From contig CBDDDG010000010.1 in assembly GCA_965226555.1 (NCBI GenBank), positions 416,001 to 480,000 on the forward strand: 64,000 nt of DNA, given 5' to 3'. A model generated the notes under the pieces. The model ran no database searches. It saw only the letters and a list, made by a program, of their open reading frames with translations, and was not told where the DNA came from. This document shows positions 1-10,390 of the stretch, piece by piece (within the stretch, counting starts at the first letter, position 1; every line of letters starts with the position of its first letter). Origin of the DNA: Salinispira sp. (lineage in GTDB: Bacteria > Spirochaetota > Spirochaetia > DSM-27196 > Salinispiraceae). A program made the translations under genes and the position numbers.

Positions 1-90
1 TCTAAGGTACTATAATATCAAATATCATCCAAAAATAAGTATATGTCAAGCACTTCTGCCATTTTGCCAGAACTTCCCCAACAAATTTTT

Positions 91-1446
91 TCAGACCATT
101 GGAAGCCCTGCCAGCGCCATTGCCACTTCCTGTTCAGGGTAGGAGTACGATTGAAGCTTTCCCGCATTATAATCGAGGTAGGCCTGCATATCAAAATGTC
201 CGTGACCGCAGAGATTAAAGCAGATCGTTTCCTTCCTGCCTTCCACCTTGCAGCGTTCTGCTTCAATAATTGCCTGAGCAACGGCGTGGTTTGCCTCAGG
301 CGCGGGGAGAATTCCCTCTGCGCGGGCGAATTTGATTCCGGCGGCAAAGGCAGTAAGCTGATCAAGCGACTTCGGGTCAACAAGACCCAGATCGACAACA
401 TGGCTCACCAGCGGAGCCATGCCGTGATAGCGTAATCCTCCCGAATGAAGCGGCGGCGGCACAAAGGTGCTGCCCAATGTGTGCATTTTCACAAGAGGGG
501 TAAGGTGAGAAGTATCGCCAAAGTCATAGGCAAATTTTCCCTTCGTGAGCGATGGACAGGCAGATGGCTCCACAGCCACAAAGCGTGTTTTTCCGCCTTC
601 ACGAAGCTGCTTGCCGAGAAAGGGAAAGACAAATCCGGCAAAGTTTGATCCCCCGCCGGTACAGCCGATCATTACATCCGGCCAATCATCGGCAATTTCA
701 AACTGCTTTATTGCCTCAATTCCAATTACTGTCTGATGCAGCAGCACATGGTTAAGAACACTTCCGAGGGCATAATTGGCATCGTCACGTTGAACCGCCT
801 CTTCGCAGGCCTCAGATATGGCCATGCCGAGGGAACCGGGAGAATTCGGGTCTTCGGCAAGAATAGCGCGTCCGGAGTTTGTTTCGTTGCTCGGGCTGGG
901 TATAACAGCCGCACCGAAGCTCTCCATGAGACCACGGCGGTACGGTTTTTGATCGTAACTTACCCGAACCATAAAAACCCGGCACTCCAGACCAAGAAAG
1001 GCACTGGCCATTGCCAGAGATGAGCCCCACTGTCCGGCTCCGGTTTCGGTAATGAGAGCCTTTTTACCTTCTTCGCGATTATAGAAAGCCTGAGGAACCG
1101 CTGTGTTCGGCTTATGACTGCCTGCGGGACTAACCCCCTCATATTTGTAGTAGATGTGTGCCGGCGTATCAAGCATCTTTTCCAGACGCCGCGCGCGAAA
1201 AAGCGGTGTTGTACGCCATTGCCGGTAAATATCGCGTACCGGCCTGGGAATTTCAATTTCACGCTCATGGCTTACCTCCTGCATAATCAGGGCCATGGGA
1301 AAAAGCGGTGCCAGATCGTCAGGACCGACAGGCTGTTTTGTACCCGGATGAAGTACCGGATCAAGTGGTTTGGGTAAATCCGCCTGAATGTTGTACCATG
1401 AACGCGGAATGTCTTCGTCTGATAATAAATATTGAACAGTATCCAT
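91..1446 (-). CDS. trpB2: TrpB-like PLP-dependent enzyme (tryptophan synthase beta, TrpB2 type)
   Basis: 451 aa; GSHKPN PLP-lysine motif, TETGAGQWG, GGGSN, NLCGHG. Confidence 0.92.
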   Translation of the reverse strand: MDTVQYLLSDEDIPRSWYNIQADLPKPLDPVLHPGTKQPVGPDDLAPLFPMALIMQEVSHEREIEIPRPVRDIYRQWRTTPLFRARRLEKMLDTPAHIYYKYEGVSPAGSHKPNTAVPQAFYNREEGKKALITETGAGQWGSSLAMASAFLGLECRVFMVRVSYDQKPYRRGLMESFGAAVIPSPSNETNSGRAILAEDPNSPGSLGMAISEACEEAVQRDDANYALGSVLNHVLLHQTVIGIEAIKQFEIADDWPDVMIGCTGGGSNFAGFVFPFLGKQLREGGKTRFVAVEPSACPSLTKGKFAYDFGDTSHLTPLVKMHTLGSTFVPPPLHSGGLRYHGMAPLVSHVVDLGLVDPKSLDQLTAFAAGIKFARAEGILPAPEANHAVAQAIIEAERCKVEGRKETICFNLCGHGHFDMQAYLDYNAGKLQSYSYPEQEVAMALAGLPMV

Positions 1447-1484
1447 GCCGTATTATATATCAGAAAAAAAATATAATGGCAATA

Positions 1485-1511
1485 CAAAATTGTGCATTTT
1501 GCAAAACTTTG
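1485..1511. repeat. 27-bp AT-rich palindromic element (family P)
   Basis: CAAAATTGTGCATTTTGCAAAACTTTG; hybrid of the two hairpin modules seen elsewhere. Confidence 0.7.
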
Positions 1512-1618
1512 TTCAGGACTATTAAGGGCAGACAGATAGTTCGCTGTGCGTTATACACGACGAAAGATGGAGATGTGGAGATTTATGTGAAGGAGACTGA
1601 AGTTGGGGGTTGCGGCTA

Positions 1619-4248
1619 CTAATGTGAGTTCACTATCTCTTTCACTTCCTGTACGCAACGCTTCAAGTCATTTTGGAGCTCATATACCCAAAATCGTTTG
1701 ACCCGCCAGCCGTGCATGGTTAGATGGTGGTCGCGTTTCAAATCCGAGGACATACGCCCGCCATCAATGTCGCGATGCCACATCTCGCCATCAACCTCAA
1801 TATTAATCGGGATTTCAGAATCAAACACGGCAAGGTCAAGGCGGTATTGGTAAATCGGATATTGAGGGATGGGTTTAATTCCTTCCTTTACGAGAGCATC
1901 GTATAAAATTTCCTCCCATGGCGACTCAAACTTTCCGCCATTTTTTTCTTGTTCAATCCCCTGTTCAATCTCCTCGACATATTTTACGAATTCGGAAAGA
2001 TAAGATATGCCGGAGTTTGCACAAGCTTCCCTATCGCCAACAATGTGCAATTCCGCCCTCGCACGTGTGATAGAAACATTGAACAAGTTGGCATTACTGC
2101 CCAAGAACCGGAGCGAAGAACGTTGCTGGATTCCACGTGATACGACTGGAGAGAAAATCATGACATCACGCTCATCACCTTGATACTTGTGTGCGGTATC
2201 AACAATAAAGTCCATGCCTCGTAGTTGTGCAGCGCCTATTTTTTTCTCCGCCAAAATCCTCATTTTGTTCGCCTGCTCTCTAAATGGTGTAACAACGCCG
2301 AGCGAAACATCGTTGCCGCCCTCCTCAATTTTTTTGATAATATCCTCAATTAATTCAACAACCGCTTTCGCTTCATTCAGGTTGTATGCGCTTCCGGCAC
2401 TTGGGCGAACGGTCTCGCCAACGACATTGTGCCAAACAAGAGCGCTTGTGTTCCCCGCGCCGCGCAATTTCCGATAGTCTGTCCAAACACTCAATTCGCC
2501 ACCGTAAAACTTCCTGTTTGAAAAACCGATGATTTCGGCACGACTTCGGTAATGTTCAATGAGGTAAACAAACTTTGCTCCGGTTGCGATAACGCTCCGC
2601 GCCAATTCAAAAATAGAGTTTGTGCTGTAGGAAAAACGCAAGTCGTCAGCAGAGATCAAGCCAACCTGCTCTTGCAGTTGATAATCGTCCGATTGATTCA
2701 AAGAAGAGATATGAGTGAGCTGATGCGGGTCGCCTATGATGACGGCGCGTTTTGCGCGATAGAGAAGCGGAAGCGCGGAAGCAATATCGCATTGAGAAGC
2801 TTCATCAATAATCGCAATATGAACGGCATCCGCACACAAAGGAAGTGTGTTATGGACGGACAAGTTCGTTACCGCCATCGCCGGAAACGCCTTTGCAACG
2901 CTTTTGAACATGTGCTTGCTCTCATTTATTAAACGCTGGTTAATTCCACCCCTTTCATAGCCCTGCAACCGACGCACAGCCTGTACATAATCCGCTATAT
3001 CACTCCGCTCTTTAGAACCGAGTGATTTTAGGCGACGCTTCATAAGTACATCAATGTACTTGACGCTGATGTCTATCATGAGCTCCGTGCACTCTGTAAT
3101 TCTTTCCCGCAAAACCTCTACTCGCGCCTCATTGTCGTTTTCTCTGACTGTTCCCAGCAGTTTTGATTGATTATCAATCCATTCCTTCAAGGCTTGGCAT
3201 GTCGTCAGGAGGTCGCGGCAGTTACGAATAGAATCAAGAGAGAACGTAAACCCCTCAACGGGAATGACTGCAAGCAAAGGTATTGCGGCTTTCAAGACGG
3301 CTAATACAATTACGGCGATCCAAAATGCGGGACAATGTTTGCTGTGCTTTCTTTTCTTCCGAGCACAAATATTCAATCTCTTTTTTGTATGCGTCTATTT
3401 CCCGTTCCAGTGTTTGTCTGTCACAGGTTGATGCTCGTTCTACCGCAGCTAAAAGTTCTTCCGCGAATGCAAGACCGCGCTGTGTCTGACCGTACTTGAG
3501 AATTACCGGCTCGCCTTGAAGCCGCCGTAACCGCTCAACAACAACATCAACCGCCTTGTCGGTTTTTGCTTCCAAACAAGACGGTCTCGTTGTGAAGTAG
3601 CGCGTTAGCAATAATGTTGAGAATGATTTGCGACTTTCCGCTTCCGGGCGGCCCGGTAACAACCGTAACGGTATTATTGAAAGCACTTTTGACCGCGCCC
3701 CGTTGTTCATTGTTCAAACCTGTTACCTCAATCAATCCGACATCTTTGCCTTCTTTGACTTTATCTTTTCTATCCAGAATCACGCGCCAGACATCGTTTG
3801 GTACGGCAGATTTACGCAATTCTCCCAATTCCTGTTCCAATCCACGCGTATATTGTGAGCCTGTGCTTTTGAAGATGACACCAACGGGCAAAATCCCAGT
3901 TTCAACATTCAATTCGGTTGTTTTGCCACTCAAAATATCCTTTGAAAATGACACCTCTTCGGGCAGTATCTTGGCGAACACTCCCAAAATCATTTTCAAG
4001 TTCTCTCCTCTGCTTCTCTCTTCTTTCCACGACTCTAATACCTTTTCGGCAATGCGTTTTCGCTCCTCAAACTCCAATTTCTCCTTGCCGGAAACAACCC
4101 ACTCTTGTTCCATCGCCCGAACCTGCAAAAAATCAGTTCCTTCTTTAGACGAATGAAGAATTATGTTCCCGGTGTTCTCAACGGAAATGCAGGAACCGTA
4201 GTATCCGAGAAGTTTTTGCCAGCGTGAGGATGTTGGATTGGTTTGCAT
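1619..4248 (-). pseudogene. Superfamily I helicase (Upf1/DNA2-like) with C-terminal DUF559/Vsr-like endonuclease, split by two frameshifts
   Basis: Walker A GPPGSGKS in ORF 3547-4248; KAVDVV motif continues in ORF 3255-3710; DEASQ, GDPHQL, EHYRS, YQGDERD, NVSITRAR and ESPWE..EVDG..H..RD in ORF 1619-3376; shifts near 3563-3567 (A5) and about 3290. Confidence 0.85.
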
Positions 4249-4302
4249 CAGGCTGAGGGTATAGGAAAATCGGGGAAAAAGTCAACGGGGTGGATTTGTG
4301 AA

Positions 4303-5913
4303 TTAAGGTATTACCGATTCAATTGCGGCCTGTTCAATTCTGAGACCTGCCTGATATCGACGGAAAAAGTTCAGGAATCCATCCATATCCTTCGGCTCGG
4401 GGGCTACTTTTGTTTCAGAATCGCCCACAACTGAATTGAGAAAGTTCCTGAGTTCGGGAAATTCAGATTTCCGGTCAAGATATGCCGCAAGTAAGGCCAT
4501 ACCCCATGCCCCTCCCTCACCGGCAGAGGCAGCAACGCTCACCGGCACAGCCGCAGCCGCAGCAAGCATCTTCTGCCCTACATCCGCTGTGCGGAAAATA
4601 CCGCCATGCCCCTTAAGACTGTCAATAACAACCCCTTCTTTTTTCCTGAGAATATCGAGACCAATCCGCAGAGCGCAGAAGGAACTAAGCACAAGAGAGC
4701 GCAAAAAATTCGGCAGGGTAAAATTACTTTCCGGGGCGCGGACTACCAGCGGGCGGCCTTCAGTGAAACCGGTGATATGTTCACCCGAAACATAGCCAAT
4801 GCTCAGAAGTCCGCCGGCATCGGCATCGCTTTGCAGAATAAGCGGCATGAGCGTTCGGTAAAAATCGTCTGTCGGAACCTGAACACCCATGGCAGTACAG
4901 GCCTGTGAAAAAACATTCATCCAGGCATCGAAATCGGATGTACCGTTGTTCGAATGTACCATAGCTACCGGATTACCATCGGGGGTAGCAACAATATCAA
5001 TTTCTTCATGAACACTGCGGAGGTTTTCTTCGAGAACGACCATGGCGAATACCGATGTTCCGACCGATACATTGCCCCCCCGCGGTTCAATGCTGTTCGT
5101 GGCAACCATTCCTGTTCCCGCATCACCTTCAGGAGGACAGAGGGGAATGCCCGCCTCCAATTCTCCCGAGGGGTCGAGGAGGGCGGCGCCATCACCGTGA
5201 ATTGAACCGGCGGCTTCGCCTGCGCTGAGAACGCGGGGGAGAATGTCCCGAATGCTCCATGAGTAGCCCCTGTTTGCGATATGTTTGCCGTAGGCATTGA
5301 GCATGCGGCTGTCGAAGTCGGCCGTCTTCGGATCAACGGGGAACATTCCTGAAGCATCGCCAATACCCAGAACCTTTTTTCCACTGAGCTGCCAATGCAC
5401 ATAGCCCGACAGGGTAGTAATGAAGGAAATGTTCCCGACATGTTCTTCGCCGTTCAGAATGGACTGATGAAGATGGGCAATGCTCCAGCGCTGAGGTATG
5501 GCAAAATGAAACAATTGTGTTAATTCTTCAGAAGCGGTGCCGGTAATGTTGTTCCGCCAAGTTCTGAAGGGAACGAGAAGCTTTCCTTCACTGTCACATA
5601 CCACATAGCCATGCATCATGGCACTGAACCCGGCGGCGGCAACGCGGGAGAATGATACTTCATAATTACGGATTACATTCTTCCGCAGATCAGCAAAGCA
5701 GGAGGCCATTCCCTGCCAGACACTCCCAAGATCGTAGGTCCACATTCCATCTACCATCGTATTTTCCCAGGCATGCGTACCGAATGCCAGCGGCACTCCT
5801 TCCGGCGATACGAGGGTTGCCTTAATTCTCGTGGAACCGCATTCAAGTCCCAAGTAACATGCGCCTAATTCAATGTATTCCCGAATTTTTGTTTTTTCTG
5901 CAGTAGTTATCAT
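4303..5913 (-). CDS. FGGY-family carbohydrate kinase (xylulokinase/ribulokinase-like)
   Basis: GLECGSTRIKA, SAMMHG, PFRTWRN, GDASGMFP, PPEGDAGTGMVATN, EGGAWG. Confidence 0.88.
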   Translation of the reverse strand: MITTAEKTKIREYIELGACYLGLECGSTRIKATLVSPEGVPLAFGTHAWENTMVDGMWTYDLGSVWQGMASCFADLRKNVIRNYEVSFSRVAAAGFSAMMHGYVVCDSEGKLLVPFRTWRNNITGTASEELTQLFHFAIPQRWSIAHLHQSILNGEEHVGNISFITTLSGYVHWQLSGKKVLGIGDASGMFPVDPKTADFDSRMLNAYGKHIANRGYSWSIRDILPRVLSAGEAAGSIHGDGAALLDPSGELEAGIPLCPPEGDAGTGMVATNSIEPRGGNVSVGTSVFAMVVLEENLRSVHEEIDIVATPDGNPVAMVHSNNGTSDFDAWMNVFSQACTAMGVQVPTDDFYRTLMPLILQSDADAGGLLSIGYVSGEHITGFTEGRPLVVRAPESNFTLPNFLRSLVLSSFCALRIGLDILRKKEGVVIDSLKGHGGIFRTADVGQKMLAAAAAVPVSVAASAGEGGAWGMALLAAYLDRKSEFPELRNFLNSVVGDSETKVAPEPKDMDGFLNFFRRYQAGLRIEQAAIESVIP

Positions 5914-5995
5914 AATGTGTGAAACTATAACAAAATTTTTCCTAAAACGCTAATGGGGTGTAATTATGTCTGGGATATAAATAATTACTTTTGTA

Positions 5996-7090
5996 TTATT
6001 CCAGTACGGCAGAAACTGCGCCAATGAGTATATCCGGCGAAAGAGGCAGCGCTTCAATGAACAGCAGATTTTCATCGGTTTTTATGTTGATGTCCTGCCG
6101 ATACTCTGCCGCTGAACGGCCCGGAAACATGATCTCCAGTTGTCTGCGCAAAACGAGCCGCAGAGTTGCAGTGAGCGCGCGGGCAGCGGATATATCTGCC
6201 GTTAATACACGCGCCGATAGACGCAGTTCCTCAGTAATAATAACAAAGGCATGTTGTATGCGGCTAAACTCAGGCTGGAATCTATTCGGAAGATTCAAAC
6301 CGGCAGCCCCTTCCCCGAGCGGATTCGCGGTAACATCGGCACGTCCATACAGCAGCGGCACTATACCTTTTTCATCAAGCGAAGCCAGAACAATGACCGC
6401 TCCTTCGTCAATAGGATTGAAAAAATCATCGGCAGCGGAATTCAAGGATGATGTCAAGGATGATGTCAAGGATGATGTCAAGGAGGCGGCGGAATGCGCA
6501 GGAGCGATGTCGGACGGCGCTGGTCTGCCTGCTTCGGGAAGGAAAATAATATCGTCAATAAGCGCGGGAGATTCAGCATCGTCCTTTCCGTACATGAGGA
6601 GCAGGGACGGCACAGGATTCTTCCATGCAATACCTCCCCGAGAACTGAAAAATGGTTCAAAAATTTCCATAATTTCCTTCCGAAAAAGCGTATTCCGCAG
6701 CAGAACAGCGCCCCCCCCTGCGCCCGCGCCGCTTCCAGTATCCCCGGCAGCCCCAGCGTCAGGGGCGCCCCCTTCCCCGGAGCCCTTCTCCGCACTGCCC
6801 GTACTCCCTTCCGCGGCATTTTCTGCGGGAGCAAAGAAAAATTCAGGGCGCGTAATAAGCACCTCGCCCAACTGACTGCGGAGCAGCCGCAGCTCTGGTT
6901 CACTGAGGAGGGTTTGGAGGAGAGATGACGGCATATCCTCAACGGAAACCTGAATGAAATTCACTTCCCGTTCATACAAACGGGTGAGATGCGGCGGCAG
7001 CTGTCCGCCGGAAATACTCTGAAACGACAGGGTTCGGCAGGAGGCAAGAAATACTGCGGAGAGTATCCCGAAAAGAAGTCGCCCCCGCAC
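5996..7090 (-). CDS. Hypothetical lipoprotein
   Basis: Signal peptide with lipobox FLASC; Gly/Ala-rich linker; LTSS repeat. Confidence 0.65.
   Translation of the reverse strand: MRGRLLFGILSAVFLASCRTLSFQSISGGQLPPHLTRLYEREVNFIQVSVEDMPSSLLQTLLSEPELRLLRSQLGEVLITRPEFFFAPAENAAEGSTGSAEKGSGEGGAPDAGAAGDTGSGAGAGGGAVLLRNTLFRKEIMEIFEPFFSSRGGIAWKNPVPSLLLMYGKDDAESPALIDDIIFLPEAGRPAPSDIAPAHSAASLTSSLTSSLTSSLNSAADDFFNPIDEGAVIVLASLDEKGIVPLLYGRADVTANPLGEGAAGLNLPNRFQPEFSRIQHAFVIITEELRLSARVLTADISAARALTATLRLVLRRQLEIMFPGRSAAEYRQDINIKTDENLLFIEALPLSPDILIGAVSAVLE
6442..6485. repeat. 12-bp tandem repeat (TCAAGGATGATG x3.5), in frame
   Basis: Encodes SLTSSLTSSLTSSL in the lipoprotein. Confidence 0.85.
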
Positions 7091-7185
7091 TCAGTATGCT
7101 CCGCCTGCGGGCAACGGGATAGGGGGCAGAGTCGGGATGCAGGACGCATCAGCAAAAACACGGCGCGCATCCGCCAAAACGAGAG

Positions 7186-10100
7186 TCATACGCGCTCCAC
7201 GGTAACACTGCACTCTCCGGAGAGCAGCGGTGTTTCCTGAGCAACATCGCGTATCATAAGCTTCCGGCAGAGAACTTCCTGCTCAAAATACTTTTTGTGC
7301 TGTGTCAGCGCCTCAATTACTTCTTCGCTGCCCTTAATGGCAAGCGATATACGGTCACTCACCCGATAGTCCCGTTCCTTTCTCAGGTTCTGAACTGCAC
7401 GGACAAGATCACGGACTAATCCCTCCTGCCGGAGCTCTTCGGTAATGTTCGGATCAAGGGCAACCGTCAGACTGTCTTCATTAAGAACCTTGAGCCCTTC
7501 CTTTTCATGGCGGCGGATAATGACCTCGTTAACAGTAATGTCAAAATGCTGATCTCCCAGCTCAAGACTCAGGGTATTGCCGTCCAGCAGGCTCTGAATT
7601 TCACGGGTGCTCAACTGCTCAACCTTCACGGAAACATCCTTCATCTTACTGCCGAGCTTTTTCCCCAGCTCACGAAAATTGGCCTTGGCGCTGTAGCTGA
7701 CCAGATCGCTCTCATTGTCTCTCAGAATAACTTCCTTAACATTGAGTTCTTCGCGAATAATATCTTCCATCTCAATGAGAATGTTTCGCTCTTCACGGTT
7801 GCGGGTAACAAGATGAATGGCGTTGAGCGGCTGCCGGATTTTAATGCTCCGCATACTTCTGAGCGCGCGCCCCATGCTCACTGCCTGCTGTACAAGCGAC
7901 ATTTTGCGCTCAAGTTCCGCGTCGCGGCGCTTCTGCCCGGTCTGGGGAAAATTGCAGAGGTGCACCGATTCCGGCATGTCCGCGCTGCGCAGGTTGCGGT
8001 ATATGCTCTCGGTAATGAATGGGATGATGGGAGCCGCCGTTTTTATGAGTTTCACGAGAACTTCATGGAGGGTGGCATATGCCTCCATTTTATCGGCATC
8101 GTTTGCGCTCCGCCAGAAACGGCGGCGGCTGCGTCTGATATACCAGTTATTCAACTGATCAATGAAGCGCACAATGGGGGCGACAGCTTTTTGGAGGTCG
8201 TAGTTGTCGAGATGAGTGCTGACCTGCTCAATGAGGGTTTCGAGAGCCGAAAGCACCCAACGGTCAAGCGGGTTTGCCGGGTTTTCAGGCGCTGCCTGCG
8301 GTTCTACCTTATCAATGTTTGCATAGGTTACAAAGAAGCTGTAGGCGCTCCAGAGGGGAATAATTACCGATTTGAGTACATCCTTTACCCCGTTATCCGA
8401 ATATTTCAGGTCCTCACCCTTTACCAGCGATGAATTTGTGAGAAAGAGCCGAATGGCATCGGCGCCGTAGGTATTGATAACATCCTCAGGATCGGAGTAA
8501 TTTCTCAGGCTCTTCGACATTTTCCGCCCGTCTTCCGAAAGTACCAGCCCGCTGACAATAACATTCCGAAATGCCGGTTTTTCAAAGAGGGCGGCAGCCA
8601 ACACAGTGAGTGTGTAAAACCACCCCCTGGTCTGATCAAGCCCCTCTGCGATAAAGTGCGCCGGATAATTCATGTCAAAATTGTCTTTATTCTCAAAGGG
8701 ATAGTGCTTCTGCGCATAGGGCATGGCTCCCGATTCAAACCAGCAGTCGAGCACCTCGGGAACACGGGACATCGCGCCCTCTCCGCAGGAACAGGGCCAG
8801 TGGAGGTCATCGACAATGTGCTTATGCAGATCCTGAACCTCCCTGCCGCTTTTCTGCTTCAGTTCCGTCAGACTTCCCACACATTCAACACGATCGCATG
8901 TGTCGCACTTCCATATCGGAATGGGATTACCCCAGAAGCGGTTCCTGCTTATTGCCCAATCGCGGGCATTTTCCAGCCACTTACCGAAACGGCCCTGCTG
9001 AAGATGCTCGGGCATCCAGTGTACTCGGTTATTTGCCTGAATCATGGTGGATTTCAGCTGAGCGATATCAACAAACCAAGACGAAATAGCGCGGTAAATA
9101 AGCGGCCCGCCGGTACGGTAGCAGTGGGGGTAACTGTGCAGGTAATTTTCCCGGCGCAGGAGCTTATCCCGTTCCTTCAGATCCTTGATAATATGCCGGT
9201 CGGCATCTTTTACAAACATGCCCGCAAACTCAGGAATTTCTGCGGTGAATTTCGCCTCCGCATCCAGAGGGACGGGAACAGGCAGTCCGCTGTTTTTGAG
9301 CGCCTGATAATCATCTTCACCAAAGCCCGGCGCAAGATGCACAATGCCGCTGCCCTCATTCGTGGTAACAAAGCCGCCTGCGCGGGTGCGGAAGGCGCCC
9401 TGCGCGCTCAACTCCGCATAGTAGGGAAACAGAGGTTCATAACGCCAGTTCAGCAGGTCCGAACCGGGCAGCCGTTCCAGAATTTCATACTCATCGGCAT
9501 TCGCATAAAAATGCTCCAAGCGGTTCTCAGCCAGAATGTACTCTTCATCGCCAACTGCAATACGGACATAACCGATATCTTCTCCAAGCGCAAGCGCAAG
9601 ATTTGACGGAAGGGTCCAGGGCGTTGTCGTCCACGCGAGAAAGGAAAGCTTCCCGGATGGCCGTGAACCATCACCCTGTTCAAGAACCCTGAACTTGACA
9701 GTTATGGCCGGATCGGTAACATCCTTATATCCGCCAAGATTCACCTCAAAGTTAGAAAGCGGGGTTGCAAGCTGGGGACTGTAGGGGAGGATGTATGCGC
9801 CTTCGTAAATGAGTCCCTTTTCCCAGAGCTGCCGGAAGACCCACCATATCGTTTCCATATAGTCCAGGTCCATGGTCTTATAATCATTTTCAAGATCGAC
9901 CCAACGCCCCATCCGGGTAACCACCCTGTTCCACTCAGCCGTATACCGGAGAACAATGCTCCGGCAGGCCTCATTGAACCGGGCAACACCGTATTCTTCA
10001 ATCTGGCTGTGCCCGGATATGCCGAGTTCTTTTTCCATTTCATATTCAACCGGTAAACCATGGCAGTCCCAACCGAAACGGCGTTCAACCCTCAGCCCCT

Positions 10101-10323
10101 TCATGGTCTGGTAGCGGGGTATAATGTCTTTAATTGTTCCCTGAACAATGTGCCCGAAATGCGGAAGTCCTGTAGCAAAGGGAGGGCCATCGTAGAAGAG
10201 AAATTCCTCATTATTTTCACGCTGATCAATGGATCGCTGAAAAACATTCTCCCTCTTCCAGAAATCCAGCACATCTTCTTCCATGCGGGGAAAATCAACT
10301 CTAACATCTACCGGTTTATACAA
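7186..10323 (-). CDS. ileS: Isoleucine-tRNA ligase (type 2, eukaryote/archaea-like)
   Basis: DGPPFATGLPHFGH, GWDCHGLP, WTTTPWTLP, KMSKS; TTG start with GAGGAG RBS. Confidence 0.97.
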   Translation of the reverse strand: MYKPVDVRVDFPRMEEDVLDFWKRENVFQRSIDQRENNEEFLFYDGPPFATGLPHFGHIVQGTIKDIIPRYQTMKGLRVERRFGWDCHGLPVEYEMEKELGISGHSQIEEYGVARFNEACRSIVLRYTAEWNRVVTRMGRWVDLENDYKTMDLDYMETIWWVFRQLWEKGLIYEGAYILPYSPQLATPLSNFEVNLGGYKDVTDPAITVKFRVLEQGDGSRPSGKLSFLAWTTTPWTLPSNLALALGEDIGYVRIAVGDEEYILAENRLEHFYANADEYEILERLPGSDLLNWRYEPLFPYYAELSAQGAFRTRAGGFVTTNEGSGIVHLAPGFGEDDYQALKNSGLPVPVPLDAEAKFTAEIPEFAGMFVKDADRHIIKDLKERDKLLRRENYLHSYPHCYRTGGPLIYRAISSWFVDIAQLKSTMIQANNRVHWMPEHLQQGRFGKWLENARDWAISRNRFWGNPIPIWKCDTCDRVECVGSLTELKQKSGREVQDLHKHIVDDLHWPCSCGEGAMSRVPEVLDCWFESGAMPYAQKHYPFENKDNFDMNYPAHFIAEGLDQTRGWFYTLTVLAAALFEKPAFRNVIVSGLVLSEDGRKMSKSLRNYSDPEDVINTYGADAIRLFLTNSSLVKGEDLKYSDNGVKDVLKSVIIPLWSAYSFFVTYANIDKVEPQAAPENPANPLDRWVLSALETLIEQVSTHLDNYDLQKAVAPIVRFIDQLNNWYIRRSRRRFWRSANDADKMEAYATLHEVLVKLIKTAAPIIPFITESIYRNLRSADMPESVHLCNFPQTGQKRRDAELERKMSLVQQAVSMGRALRSMRSIKIRQPLNAIHLVTRNREERNILIEMEDIIREELNVKEVILRDNESDLVSYSAKANFRELGKKLGSKMKDVSVKVEQLSTREIQSLLDGNTLSLELGDQHFDITVNEVIIRRHEKEGLKVLNEDSLTVALDPNITEELRQEGLVRDLVRAVQNLRKERDYRVSDRISLAIKGSEEVIEALTQHKKYFEQEVLCRKLMIRDVAQETPLLSGECSVTVERV

Positions 10324-10390
10324 AATATCTCCTCAGAACCATGAACAGAAACGATTCCTCGCACAGCAGCGTAATTCTTGGATTTGTCAT
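10316..10390 (-). pseudogene. Possible truncated partner gene of the AAA ATPase (24-aa remnant)
   Basis: ATGA overlap with the ATPase stop; MTNPRITLLCEE resembles the hydrophobic-strand-CE start of TOPRIM-like ATPase partners. Confidence 0.4.

Noticed and set aside
4237..4248. Helicase and the nuclease at 61652 both begin ATGCAAACCAAT (MQTN)
   Set aside because: Only 12 bp with no further similarity; cannot be distinguished from chance.
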